Origin: Eledone cirrhosa
Taxonomy: Eukaryota
Direction of reading: 5' to 3'
Length of the DNA: 64,000 bases
Assembly (NCBI GenBank): GCA_964016885.1
Contig: OZ024746.1
Span: 93,868,001-93,932,000 of the forward strand
Positions 1 through 12,550 of the stretch are shown piece by piece. The translations under genes and the position numbers were made by a program. Numbering within the stretch: position 1 is the stretch's first letter; the number at the start of each line of letters is the position of its first letter. The notes below the pieces were generated by a model. It was not told where the DNA came from and did not search any database. It was given only the letters and a program-made list of their open reading frames with translations.

Positions 1-99
1 ACACGTGTCTATGGAATGCCACTTACACTTTAATTTTACGATCAGACAAGTTCCATTGATCGAATAAACTGGAGCACTCCTTGTGTGTGTATGTGTGTG

Positions 100-240
100 A
101 AGGCGTGTGACTTGGTGGTTATAATGTTGGATTCACAATCATGAATTTATTAGTTCCATTCCAAGACCAGGCGATGCATTATATCCTTGAGCAAGACACT
201 TTATTTCACGTTGCTCCAGTTTACTCAGTGTTGCGATGTC
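100..240 (+). mobile_element. tRNA-headed CORE-like SINE fragment
   Basis: GGCGTGTGACTTGGTGGTT head plus TCCTTGAGCAAGACACTTTATTTCACGTTGCTCCAG body. The same body occurs at 20992-21125 and, inverted, at 32870-32960. Confidence 0.6.
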
Positions 241-984
241 ACTGGTGCCAGAGGGGATACTGGTATGCATGGGTAATACCTTGTCTTCTTCCACAAAAAC
301 ACTTTGCCCGGTCTTTGGCATCAGAGGGGAACTTTCTAGGTGTAAAACCTATGGACAGAATGGTGTCTTCACCTTTTTATATATTATAGTCATGGTTCAA
401 ATGTATTTGATGAAAGGTCTGCGTGATAAGGGCTAACCAATAGCTGAACAAAAACATCAATACTTGCATGAGACAACGAACAGGACTCCTTAATCTCTCG
501 AACTGCTAGAAAGATCAGCCAAATATTCATCAAATCAGACAATGACACATAAAAAGGGGAAGGATACATTGGATAGTGTAGTCTTAGATACATTATGTCA
601 GAATAAAAAAAGAAACGAGATGGGTACAGCCGAAAGTTGAACTGTTTTTGTTTTGTTATTTATATATAATAGGTCAGTTTAATCAGGACTGGACCTTCAT
701 CGGTTTCGGCGATGAGCGTTCCAGACGTTCGATCAACGGAACAGTCTACTCATGAAATTACCGCTGAGCATAACGTTATTCTCAGGGATAAAGAATTTCA
801 GGTACCGACCATCCGATGGGCTTTCAAACAGTTTCAATCTACCCAATTTCACTCATAAGATATGGGTCGACCCAAGGTTATGGTAAATCACCTTTGGTCA
901 AGATACCACACAGCGGGATCAAACCTGGGATCTAATGATTGCGAAGCGAACTTTTTAACGATTTGGTCAAACTGCATCCCCTAT

Positions 985-1445
985 CAGGGCTAAGCAACCG
1001 TTGACCAACAACCTGCACCAACTCCTTATGGTACACTGTACGTCTACCTCTTCATCCACTAATTCCTGAGAGGGTCGTAGTGGCAGAGTCCTCAAACACT
1101 CCTTCCAGCGAGTCGTGTCAGAAGCAACCATCTCCAACTTATCTGGCTAGATCCTCAAGCGAGACCAACCAAGCTCATAGATGTTATCCAACCATCTTGC
1201 TCGGGGTCTACTCCTGGGTTTCCTGTCGGTTGGTTTTGCCCGTAAAATCTGTCCAGCGATTCTTTCCTAAGACATTCTAACCACATGCCCATAATATCGA
1301 AACTGTGATCTCTCAATTCGGAGAAGTAGCGGCTCTACCTGAAGTGACTCTCTGATGCTCGAGCTACGCACTTTATCGAGTAACGTTAATCCAAAGACCC
1401 CTCGGAGGAATCCCATTTCGGCCGCTTGTATTCGCGATCTTTCGG
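985..1445 (-). mobile_element. RTE-clade (Expander/Rex3-like) LINE 3' fragment
   Basis: Translates as RSRIQAAEMGFLR...LLLRIERSQFRYYGHVVRM, a typical RTE C-terminal region. Related copies at 16020-16165(+), 17925-18400(-) and 31965-32235(+). Confidence 0.85.
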
Positions 1446-2839
1446 TCAGTCTCGGATTCAATTTTGTCTTTAATCCTTCCTGGACATCAATGAAATAAAG
1501 TACTAGTCCAGGGATTGGCGAAATTGTTATAGTATCGGATAAGGTGCCTTCTGGTATTTGTCCCGCCTTTTGCCGTCTAAGTTCAACTCCTGCCAAAGAT
1601 TAGTGAGAGTGAGGGCGGAAGGTATATCGAAAGTAGATGCCAAGTCTGAATGCTTGTCACTCAGTTATCTAGAAAAAGATCATGAACATGGTGGATAGTC
1701 TTACTCAGATATGAGTTGGGTAAAAGAGAACTGACTCTTAAAGGTCAGACAGAAGTGATTAGCTTCTATATCCCTTCAGTGGATTACTACTACTTGACCA
1801 TCGTATATTGCCCCCCAATAAACATCTGACAAGATTGGAATGTATGCTCTTTTACATCTTGTAAAAAAGACATGTCTCTCCGGTCAGGCAGTCTATCCAC
1901 TGCCAACACCCACTTCAAGGGGCTCTTAGTATGTCGAGGCTGATGATGCATTGGCACACACTGATACTGACCCCTTTTCGGCAGAGATTCCTGGTCCATG
2001 ACGATGGTCAACAGGTATGGTTGCCATCTATGGGTCACATCTTTCTCCAACTCGTCTCTTTGCCCAAGCTGCATTCCTAGGTCAAGTGCAGACTGAGGAT
2101 GGTGGGGTTGAGGTGACATCTGGACTGTTACTAAGCATTCACAACACTATCAGCTGAGCAATGTGGTCAATGGAACGCCAACCCTCATATTCTATAGAAG
2201 GTTAATGAAAAAAGTTTCGTTGATGTCGCCGGTCGTTTTCAAGAAGCACTGCGGCATAGAGAATGACTATCAGCTATTTCTTGTGGTATAGAGTTACGGT
2301 CCTTTACCTTCTGAGTTCAAATCCACCCAAGGTTAGCTTTGCCTTTCATCCTTATGGAGTCGATAAAATAAAATACCAGTGATGCTCTGAGGTCGATCTA
2401 ATCGACTTTCCCCTCCCCCAAAATTGCTGGCCTTGTGCCTATAGTAGAAACTATTATTAATCTCTGTATTCTACTAGGCACATGTTTAACCTGAGATGGT
2501 TGGTAGGCATACCTGAGATTAAAGTGACTACTAATAGGTCAGTGTATCCTGAGAACGATAGACAACATGAACGAAACACGATTCATATGTATTCTTTCGG
2601 TGTCCATGCATAGCTAGTTTGTGGGTTTATGTCAAAGAGATATTTTCATGGACAGAGTCGGTTACCAGCCAAGTCTTTCATGCAGTTTCAACAGCCTGAG
2701 TTCTCCTCACAAGAAAGAGCCGATAGTCATTCTACGTTTGATGGTTGTAGTGAAGGAAGTTGTATGGTGGACGTGGTTGGAAGGTTTAATGAAAGATCCT
2801 ACTAATTACAAGAGCCATTCAAACATATATTATTTTATA

Positions 2840-3296
2840 GTGCGGTGGACTAGTAGAATCGGTAGAGCGTCCGACAAAATGCTTTGAAGTATTTAGTTAC
2901 GGCCCTTGTCATTCTGAGTTCAAATCTCGCCGAGGTTAGCTTTGCCTTTCATCCTTACAGGGTCGATAAAACAAAGTACCAGTAACGCACTGGGGTCGAT
3001 TTAATCAACTTTCTCCTCCCCTTCAAATTGCTGGCCTTGTGCCTAAAGTAGAAATAATTATTTATACACACATGCCGGGCGGTAGATTTGCAGTACCGGT
3101 AGAGCGTCGGACAACACGCTTTGCGGCATATAGTTATGGCCCTTTACGTTCTGAGTTCAAATCCCACCGAGGTTAGCTTTTCCTTTGATTCTTACGGGGT
3201 CGATAAAACAAAGTACCAGTAACGCACTGCGGGCGATTTAATCGACTTTCCCCTCACCCCAAATTGTTGGCCTTGTGCCTAAATCAGAAATTATTA
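2840..3296 (+). mobile_element. Two tandem tRNA-derived SINEs with Nin/Deu-like central domain (family with ~20 copies in window)
   Basis: A-box-like TAGAATCGGTAGAGCG, B-box GAGTTCAAATC and core TTTGCCTTTCATCCTTACGGGGTCGATAAAA.AAAGTACCAG. Other copies at about 2270, 7640(-), 14760, 21405, 27315(-), 32515(-), 41230, 44780, 45000 and 56735. Confidence 0.75.
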
Positions 3297-3908
3297 TACA
3301 CGCCAATATTCAAGTACAAATCTATACACATATTAGTGTATATAAAACACGCAACTAGTGAGTGTGTGTGTGATTTGCAAATCAAACACGCACACAGTTC
3401 TTATTGTTTTTATGTGAACTCAGCTGCCAGACAAGGAAGGGGAAATAAAGTTATTTCAAATACATATATACACCTTCAGACTCTATAACGAAACAGATAA
3501 TAAGGTCTTGTTGCGTATGGCGTGCACACAGATACGTACATGAATGGGGAGAAAAAAGCCGAGAGAGTAGGAGGGGAAGAAATAATATTTAGCATTAACA
3601 ACACACCAAGCAACCTCAAAAAATAAAATAAAATTTAAAATATTTAGAAGTTTACATACGTGCGGTTTTCTAAGTCTACATTTTTGTCACATATACAGTC
3701 GTTCTCATTAAATTAAGAAATCTAGTTTTATGTGTGTTCATATATATTTAATGCCCAGGTAGTTTTCTTTCAAGAAACACTTTATTATATTCCCTTTCTA
3801 GACATATAGCTTTAAGCGAATAATTCAAACATCAGATTGTGATCAGAGTTAACTGCTTTGCGGTAGGCACGTACAACTTGCAAGGATGACTGCCACCTTA
3901 GTAATAAA

Positions 3909-4477
3909 GCAGGTGTAGTTAATTTTGTTTCTAATGCTACCGCACAGTGGTTTTGTGGATATACCTGTGGGTGAAAGAACGTCTCACCGTTTTTTATTTT
4001 TTTTTTTTGTGCTTTTGGGCGAACCAAACAGGCCACACCACAGAGAATTGTTAAGCATTGAGGTCACCCATTACTAGCTTGCTGTCATATCGGGACACAC
4101 TGTTCAGGACATTCTGCCAGGTGTTTAAATGCGTCCTTATCTTCCTTTTTTGAAACCTCTATAGGTCCGTACAATTATTACATTCGCATCTCCGGTGGTC
4201 GAATATCGCTACACATATATGCTAACTGGAGACAATACCATATATTTCATACTTACTAAAAAAAAAACAACTTTTGGCGATAGTAACCAGCTAAACAGAG
4301 ACAGGTGTTAAAATAATCGACTATCAATATTACTTATGGAGGTTTCTGAACGAAAATAGAACTTCGATGAGAGAAACTGACGGGGTTGTGGTGGAAGGAG
4401 GAGAGAATAATATAAAGCGACACACGCTTACACCTTATGCTAATATACTTTTATTATCGGCCTACTAACATCAGGTG
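3909..4477 (+). promoter_or_regulatory. Putative Delta proximal regulatory region with E-box cluster and TATA-like element
   Basis: CAGGTG occurs at 3910, 4118, 4302 and 4472, and TATAAA at 4411-4416. The DNA is unique and non-repetitive, about 1.1-1.6 kb upstream of the Delta ATG. TSS not determined. Confidence 0.4.
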
Positions 4478-5562
4478 CCGTCAGCAAGTGTTTATACTGA
4501 ACTTCTAAAGAAAATGAGTTCGTTTCTCCGCTACAAGGTATATATAGGTCTATCGCTCTCATATTTAAGAAATCATTTTGACAGAAGTATATTACATTAG
4601 CCAAAAAACTTTAACTAAATACCACAACAAAGTGAAGTTTATGTGATATGGCAGTGGTGGGGAACCTTTTAAAAAGTTATTACTTGGTTTTGATTGGTTT
4701 CTCTCTCTCTCTTACTGTATTTAAAACACCCTCACCTATACCATCGTCTTTATATCAGTGTCCGCACGCTTCTTTGCTAATATTGTGTGCGTGTGTTCGG
4801 TACTTGATTGCTTGTGTGTCATCAGCACGTCTGGATTGTGTTCGTGTGTTCGTGCTTGCTTTACACGAGAGATAGCTTGTGTGTGTGTGTGTGTGTGTGT
4901 ACTTGGATTACTGCTATATATTTTCTGTTTTCTTGTATTAAATATTTAGAATCAAAAGTAGATAACTTTTGTAAAAAATAATTAAGAAAGTATTATATAA
5001 ATCGTAATCTTCGTCGAACCGTAGCATTTCTTGATAGTTTTTTAACACCCAATGTTTTTCACTCGGTCATGGTATTTTTCTTCGTTTATAGTCAGTACCC
5101 GTATCTATCTTTCTCATAAAAGAATTCTACTTTATTCCTGTTTTGCAGGCTCACTCAGTATGTCATTCCCTTACATACACTTCGTGTATTCACACACGCG
5201 CACGTACACATGTCTGTGCTTTGCTATTTTCCTTATAGATAAATATATATATATATAATTTTTTTTTTTTAGTTATATCCATGTTATTGTTTCCATCCGT
5301 GTTTTCTCCTCAAAGACTTTCACGTCCTCTGTCTCATCGTTTCTTTCTTCATTAATGTCTTGTTTGTATGTATCTCTAGTTTCTTTCTCTTTTTCTCTCA
5401 CTCTCACTGTGTGTGCTTGCTTGCTACTAATTATCATATCTTTCCAGCTCCACTGCTGTCAATCAAGTTGTATGGGGGCGGAGTCAAAATCTACCGTCAG
5501 ACCGAGGCTAGTTTAGACAGTTATCAGCTACACAAGAGCAGGAACTTAAACGATAAACAAGG

Positions 5563-5622
5563 ATGCGCTCGACTACAGCAGCAGTTCTGGCTAGTTTTCT
5601 GGCTTTAATAACTCTCAAGCAG
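5563..5622 (+). CDS. Delta: Delta-like Notch ligand, coding exon 1 (signal peptide MRSTTAAVLASFLALITLKQ)
   Basis: ATG 5563 has an in-frame upstream stop, followed by a hydrophobic stretch. Donor CAG|gtgagt (phase 0) joins in frame to VCGIGIFELQL. The exon probably starts at acceptor tttccag|5448. Confidence 0.85.
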
Positions 5623-6773
5623 GTGAGTGCCGCGTTTAATAACTCTCACCTACATACCTTCCTCTTTCTTTTTTTTTTTACATTCCATCCATCTATCTCT
5701 ATATCTCTTAATTCTCTCTTAGTTTAGTTTTCTTTATACCCTATACCCACCGCCGTCTCTCTTCCTCCTCTCTCTATCTATCTATCTATCTCTTTCTCCG
5801 ACATTCCATTTGTCTTTCTCATTCGTTCTTTCTCTCTGTCTAGATATCTATTTGTCTTTCTCTATTTTGGTTTTGTTTTGATTATATCGATCTTTTTATA
5901 AACCCATCTTTATTCTCTCTCTGCATCTCTCTCTCGCTCGCTCTGTCTCTCTCTATTTTGGTTTTTCAATCACCTTTTCAACATTCCATCTCACTTCTTT
6001 CCTCTTTTGCTCACCCATCCCCCACCCCAACTAAATTCCATCTATCTTTGTCTTGTTTTCTATTTTCTTCTACTATTTTTGTTGTACTTTTAGTTTGCAT
6101 GTTTTCATATGCTGTATATGTGTCTCTCTCTCTGTATATATATATGTATATATATATATATTATATATATGTATGTATATAATCGATGTATACACGTACG
6201 CATTCACAGGCATGCATAAGATTCCAAAGGACTAGAGAAAAATGCACGTAGGTGTTTATATATATACACACACATTTATAGTGTGTGTAAACGTATACGC
6301 ACGTGTGTGTATATCTATCTATATATATAATATAGTTTGAGAGGTTTTACGTCTCTCTCGTATATATCTATATATCTATATATATATATAATACCGATAA
6401 ATATAACTGAAACAGTTCCTGTGTCCATATAACAATTTCTACTTATAAGTAATCCACACTTTGAAAGTATTCCTTTGTTTCACATACATGTCTCGATTTT
6501 TACATACTTTTTTCTCTCTCCTTTTACAAGCGTGTCACACTTGTGTGTCTGTTTGTTCGCGCGTGCCTGTGTGTATATATATATATATATTCTTATGTTA
6601 ATGTCTTTCTTCTGTGTTTATGTGCTTTGTCTATGATCACTGTGTTCGTGTGCTTGTATTTGTTTTGGTTTGTATTGTAATATTATCATAAAGGAGAAAC
6701 AAAATAAAACCATTGATGTTGAAAAATATCCTAATTTTAATTATGTTTGTCTTTTACTTGTCCATCTGATCAG

Positions 6774-7076
6774 GTCTGTGGTATCGGGATATTCGAATTA
6801 CAGCTGAAATCTTTTTGGAATAGAAAGGGATTACTAGACAACGGCAACTGTTGCAGTAATGTGATCGCCGGCCAAGGTGGAAAAAACTGTACGGCCTGCT
6901 CTACGTTCTTTCGGATATGTCTTACCCATTACATGTCCAATATTGTGTTGGATGGAAATTGTTCATTTGCCTTCACAGAATTACCGGTTTTGGGGAGTAA
7001 TGTTATAGATTTCACAAAGGATTTACCTAATAATTTTACCAACCCGTTGAAATTTCTCATCAAGGCTTCTTGGCCG
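6774..7076 (+). CDS. Delta: Delta coding exon 2 (MNNL/C2 domain: GIFELQLKSFWNRKG...NGNCC...CSTFFRICLTHY...SWP)
   Basis: Matches the DSL-ligand N-terminal consensus (G.FELQL, G.CC, C.TFFR.CL.HY, TPVLG-like LPVLG, WP). Acceptor cag|GTC, donor CCG|gtaagt, 303 nt. Confidence 0.95.
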
Positions 7077-8893
7077 GTAAGTTATTTTCTTTATTCATTC
7101 TTTTGTTCACAAAACCCTGCATCTCACACTTGTTTATGAAAACAATTCTACGCATCTATATGTTTGTAGTATAGTTTGTGATAATGTTATCTTTTGTAAT
7201 TCCATTCACATCAAGAATGTTTTATAGGAATAATGTGGTAGTTTTTCACCTTTGTTATTGTCTATACTGATACGTGCAGTTCCTAATATATCTTTGGTCT
7301 ATTATATCCACTGGTATAGATTCAGTGTAACACGAATAATAGTTATACTTCTAACGAGAAACATTAATCTGTACAAGTATAGGCCCCCCTTTCTCCCTCT
7401 AATCTACCCATCTCTCTCTCTCTCTCTCTCTAAATAACTATGTATGTAAAAGGTATATCTATATAGTATGGTATGGTCCCGTAACTCCTCGAGAGTCTTA
7501 GGGGCGCCATATTGATATACGGCGTTTCTAGGGCATTTTTAAAAGCTGGCGGAGCCCTATCTCCTTTCCAGGCCTGAATACAGTAGATTTCTTCCAGAGA
7601 AGGATAGTGAGAGAAAGGAAGTGAGAAAGATATATAGAGAAAGAAGCTACCCCAGTATTTGACTGATACTTTTTCATCGACCATGAATGTATGAAAGGCA
7701 AAGTTGACCTCGGCGGGATTTGAACTCTGAGAGTAGAGAGCCGAAATGAATACTTCAACTCGTGTTTAGTTCCAGGTCAGATCTCATCTAGCGGAAATTT
7801 CTGATCAAAGTTGTTCCAGCTGTGACTATCCTGGCTTTGTTTACCGAGGTAGTTTATAACTACATTATCCAATGTTTTTGAAGCTGGTGGGATGTGATTT
7901 GACTATTATTTTCAGTAGGTCAAGCGACCATATACAGCTTCCCCAATCTTAACTCTTTACCCGAAACACTGTTCAAAAGTGAAAAAACATGGTCTATTGT
8001 CTTATCACTGAGCGATTTTAATCTCACCTAAGAGCTTTGTATTTTTAATTTTAATCTCCTCGCTGTTTTCGGAGAGAATGAATTGGCATGTCGTTAGTGC
8101 ATAGGGCAAAATATACTGTAGTATCAAGTTCAAATCCCTCCACCCCCGAAGTCAACCTTGCCCTTCATTCCCTTAGGGTATCAACAAAATAAAATACCAC
8201 CCCAGGGCGGATCAACGGCAGAATTTATTAAAGTGTCAGGCGAGATGCCATGGGGTATCTGTTCCGTCTCTGCGTTCTCAGTTCTAATCCCATTAGGTGG
8301 TGAACATAATCCGTCGCTCGGTTTGACACAACAACTCGGCCCTTTGGGGCCTTTAGCAGAGTCCACTCTGTTGCACCTGTTTGAATATACCTAACATTCA
8401 GTAAGGGTGGGGATTGGGGTGGTGGTGTTTGAGACATTCTTTCATTCTTTTGTTGGTTTCAGTGATTAAATTAAAAACAAACTGGAGCGTTATTGACTTC
8501 ACGAGATAGCTTATAGTTGATTATAAAGTGACTCCCATGTCTCGTATATTGTTATCGATCCCTAGGCCAGAAAAGCCAAACATCAAGCTAATCATGCTCA
8601 ATCGTTTGTTGTTCATCTCCAATCTATATTCGGTACTTTAGTGATAATCGTACCCCTGTGTAATTACTGTTTTTGTAGGGTGGAGGTGATGGGATATTAC
8701 CATTATAACTATCTCTAGGAAGAGCCCTTTGATGGCTGCAGCACTGAAAAAATGTGAATGTACACACGCACTATCTCTTATCTTCCTCTCTTCTCTGATT
8801 GTCTATTAAAAAAAAAAAAAAACTTTTCCATTTCTCTACCTAAAGAAATCCACGTTGGTTAAGTGTTTATATTTGTTTGTTTTTATTTTCAAG

Positions 8894-8951
8894 AGGTCCT
8901 TTTCCTTGATCATAGAGGCTTGGCATAAAACGCGGAATGGACAGGCACACG
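8894..8951 (+). CDS. Delta: Delta coding exon 3 (RSFSLIIEAWHKTRNGQAH)
   Basis: FSLIIEAWH is the conserved motif after WP in Delta/Serrate. Acceptor ttttcaag|, donor G|gtaagt, phase 0 to 1. Confidence 0.93.
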
Positions 8952-9072
8952 GTAAGTTATTTTTATTCGGAAAATATTGTCGTGTATAAGATTGTGGTAG
9001 ATATTTCTTACACCTTTTTCTTTTTCTCCCTCCCTCATAAACCTCTTTCTTTCTCACACACCTCTCTCTCTT

Positions 9073-9216
9073 ACATATTGCATTCACTGATTTCTCTTTC
9101 TTTCTCTCTCTCTCTCACATATTGCATTCACTGATCTCTCTTTCTTTCTCTCTCTCTCTCACATATTGCATTCACTGATCTCTCTTTCTTTCTCTCTCTC
9201 ACATATTGCATTCACT

Positions 9217-9253
<37 letters not shown>

Positions 9254-9333
9254 CACCTCTCTTATCTCTTACATATTGCATTCACTGATCTCTCTTTCTC
9301 TCTCACCTCTCTATCTTACATATTGCATTCACT

Positions 9334-9369
<36 letters not shown>

Positions 9370-9370
9370 T
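9073..9370 (+). repeat. Compound minisatellite ACATATTGCATTCACTGAT + (CT)n, ~6 copies
   Basis: Directly visible repeated motif separated by variable CT tracts. Confidence 0.9.
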
Positions 9371-12331
9371 CATAGACTGAGTTCATCGCGTGTGTATGTG
9401 TATATTGTACATTCTCTTGAATGGGTGAGGGAATATTGAGTAGTGAACTATCTTCTGTGTTTTACTTAAGGTTAACATGTACGTTTATTTATCTTGTTGG
9501 ACAATTTACGTTGCTTTATAGACTGAATTTGTGAGGATTACTTTGCTTGCAATAGTTATTTAAATCTCTAATTAATTCTGATATAGCTGACCTGTGGTCA
9601 AATGCTTTCGCGCAATGATCAATCTTTTTTCTCTTTATAACACATAGAATATGTAAGACAGCATTATTACAATTATTTCATGTTTCCTTTGAAATCTGTT
9701 AATGATATATTTATAAGTTGTAGGAAATTCGGTAATCTTTTAGCTTCATTATACCTCAAAGGCGTCTTGATCAGAGCTTAGTAACAACATTAACGTTTAG
9801 TTACACATTTCCCCCTTATATATAAATATATATATATTGCATGTGTTTCCGCTCTGCTGTTGAAACTGTTGTGGGGGAAGGAAGGAAACTTGTCTACGAT
9901 AATGATGCTGTTGCCATGGAGACTATAGTAGAAAGTTAATGATTTTTTTTTTCTTGCTGCCTTCAGTCATTGAACAACAGCAATGGGGCCCTTCATTCAA
10001 CCCCACAACTTTCTGTGTAGTGCTATATATATATTTTTTTAATCTATTTCTATTAGTCGAACTACTATTATAGAAGGGGCCCTTGAAACACTGGATTTTA
10101 TGTGTAAACATAAATGCACGCACATGTTTTTTTTTAATACATGTTCAAGTTACAATGGGCTCGATCCACGAGTTTAAAAACGAACTTATCCATAAAGCCA
10201 TACCTTTTTAAAACCAGTTTCTTTTATGTTGTGGTTTATCTTTGGGTCAATTTGATTGAACAAAACTTATTAAAGGTTATCTAGCCATGACCATCCTGTC
10301 TTTTTTCTCAGTATTTGTGTACAATACGCAACGTCAGAGATTTGAGGAAGATTTGGTTGCTCTTTCTAGACATGGCTGTGTGCTTAAATTGGGCTCCATA
10401 TCATTAAGGAAATGTCTGCTGCTATAATCTCGAATCGACCAAATGTCTGGAGTGAAATATGGTAGACGGAAATTGTGAGAAAGCCCGTTTTATAGATCAT
10501 TTTTGTCCTTGGGTGATGGATTTAATCTATCGTCAGGTTGAACACCAACAGCTGGTTCTTGCTGCAAAGTCTGCACTGTTGCAAGCATTCAGGTCAAATC
10601 CTGTTCTGAAAATACCTGTTTCCCCTCTTCCAGTTAGACTAAAAGACCCTGAATAATTTCATAATCGAATAATCACGTACAGGCTCTCGTCTGCATAGTT
10701 TAACGTATTTATTATTATCAGGACTGACAGAAACTTTAGAGCGCCGGACCAAAGGCTTTGAGACATGTAATTTACGACCATTTACATTCTGACTACAAAT
10801 CTCCCTCCTTCAAATATTGCTAGCCTTGTGCCTAAATCAAAAACTACAGTTATTATAGTCATAGGCTGACCTTTGCAAAGACCCCGATGTCCAGTTTGAA
10901 CGTCTGAACTCCATATGATTAACCTTTGAATGTTGTAGTGTGCAGTATAGTCAGCAGCTGGGAAGAGGCAAGGGAGATCTGGGGTGGGGTTGCACTTACT
11001 CCCTCAGCTATCTACATGTAGGTCTCCGCTCGGTCAAAGCTGACCTGTGATAACATAGTGGACTTCCCTCAGGATGTTATTGTTTAGCCTTAGATCAACC
11101 TTGATTGAACCGATCTGTTTATGGTGAAAGGTATTCAAGAGGTGACAACACTCTTCGTCTTTTGTCTAGCCTTACGCTATAAAGAACCACATTATCCAAA
11201 AATGTCCTTCTCTATTTAAGTCGATAGGATATGATTTGATTGATATTTGGCTGCTGTTTCCACTAGGCTGAGCAACTGCCTATGAAGAATCTCCCTCTCG
11301 AACTGATGGCGGTGGTGTTAAACCGGGTTATTATTTAAGTCTACCACCATAGCTTATATTACAGCCTGTAGATCTCTTGCAGAGCTACAGGCTGTAAATG
11401 TTAATTTGTTTTATTTAAATTGTCATGCGTTTTAAGACTGTAGGGTGTGATCTAATCCATTCATGCGTATATTTACTCTGCTTTCTTAACTAGGGAGAGG
11501 AAGATAGGAAGCAAACTTTTTTTCTTTTTGATTCAAGCATAATATGCGGCATGCATTGTCATCTATATTGTGCATTGTTGACAGACAGCAACGGTTCACT
11601 TGTCTTTCTGTTTCCCATGGGTGTTAACACATGCACTGTCACGTACTCTCTCTTATATGTTCAGAATTGCTCTTTGTCTCTCTCTTACGTTGACTATCAC
11701 ATCTTTTCGACTGAATCCACACATTTTTGAGGGATGGATCACTCCAATAACTGCACACACGCACACACATTGCTCTATGTATACATATATAATAGTGAGC
11801 AGCAGTGATGAAGGCTTTTCCATTACTCTGTGTATTGTCATTCTCTCTCTCTTTACATACAACAGACAGACCACCTAGTGAGGTGTATGCACACTCTCTC
11901 CAACTCTACGTATGTGCGTTTTACAATTACATACAGTATTTTATTTTTGTTCCCGGATTCTAGTTGGCCTTGTCCCTTATTCAAAAGCTATTATGACCCG
12001 AGAGCCTCTACATGGTCGGCTCATTTACTAGAAACAATAGTTAAATCTTTCTAGAAATCACGCCCTATCATATTCAACATGTGCAGGGCACATTTAGATT
12101 AATGTAGTCGATACCTTTAAAACAAGGATGGCCACGGGTGGAGTGATAGGGATTAAATGGTAATTTAGCGTTTAAAGTATCAATCATAAAAGTGAAAGAA
12201 GGAATTCAGCAATAACCGTAGATAATCGACAACATCCGATAGTACTGACTGAAAGTATGTTGTAAAATGAAACTGATTTTCTTTTTTGGGGAATAGTCTA
12301 TATATTTGAAAAAAAAAAATGGACATGTTTT

Positions 12332-12472
12332 TTTGTTGGTGGGTGAAATCGACTTAAGAAGCAAGTGGCTCTCATTATATATATATATATATCAGAAATA
12401 TTTATACCTGTTAACTATTGCTTAAGTAATGAGAGCCACTTGCTTCTTAAGTCGATTTCACCCACCAACAAA
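12332..12472. repeat. Perfect 46-bp inverted repeat with 49-bp spacer
   Basis: 12332-12377 (TTTGTTGGTGGGTGAAATCGACTTAAGAAGCAAGTGGCTCTCATTA) is the reverse complement of 12427-12472. Confidence 0.92.
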
Positions 12473-12511
12473 TAAGTGCTACAAGGCAAAACAGAAAAAA
12501 AAAAAAAGAAA

Positions 12512-12550
<39 letters not shown>

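Noticed and set aside
3076-3172. tRNA gene-like A/B boxes
   Set aside because: These are heads of multi-copy SINEs followed by a shared body. No intact cloverleaf.
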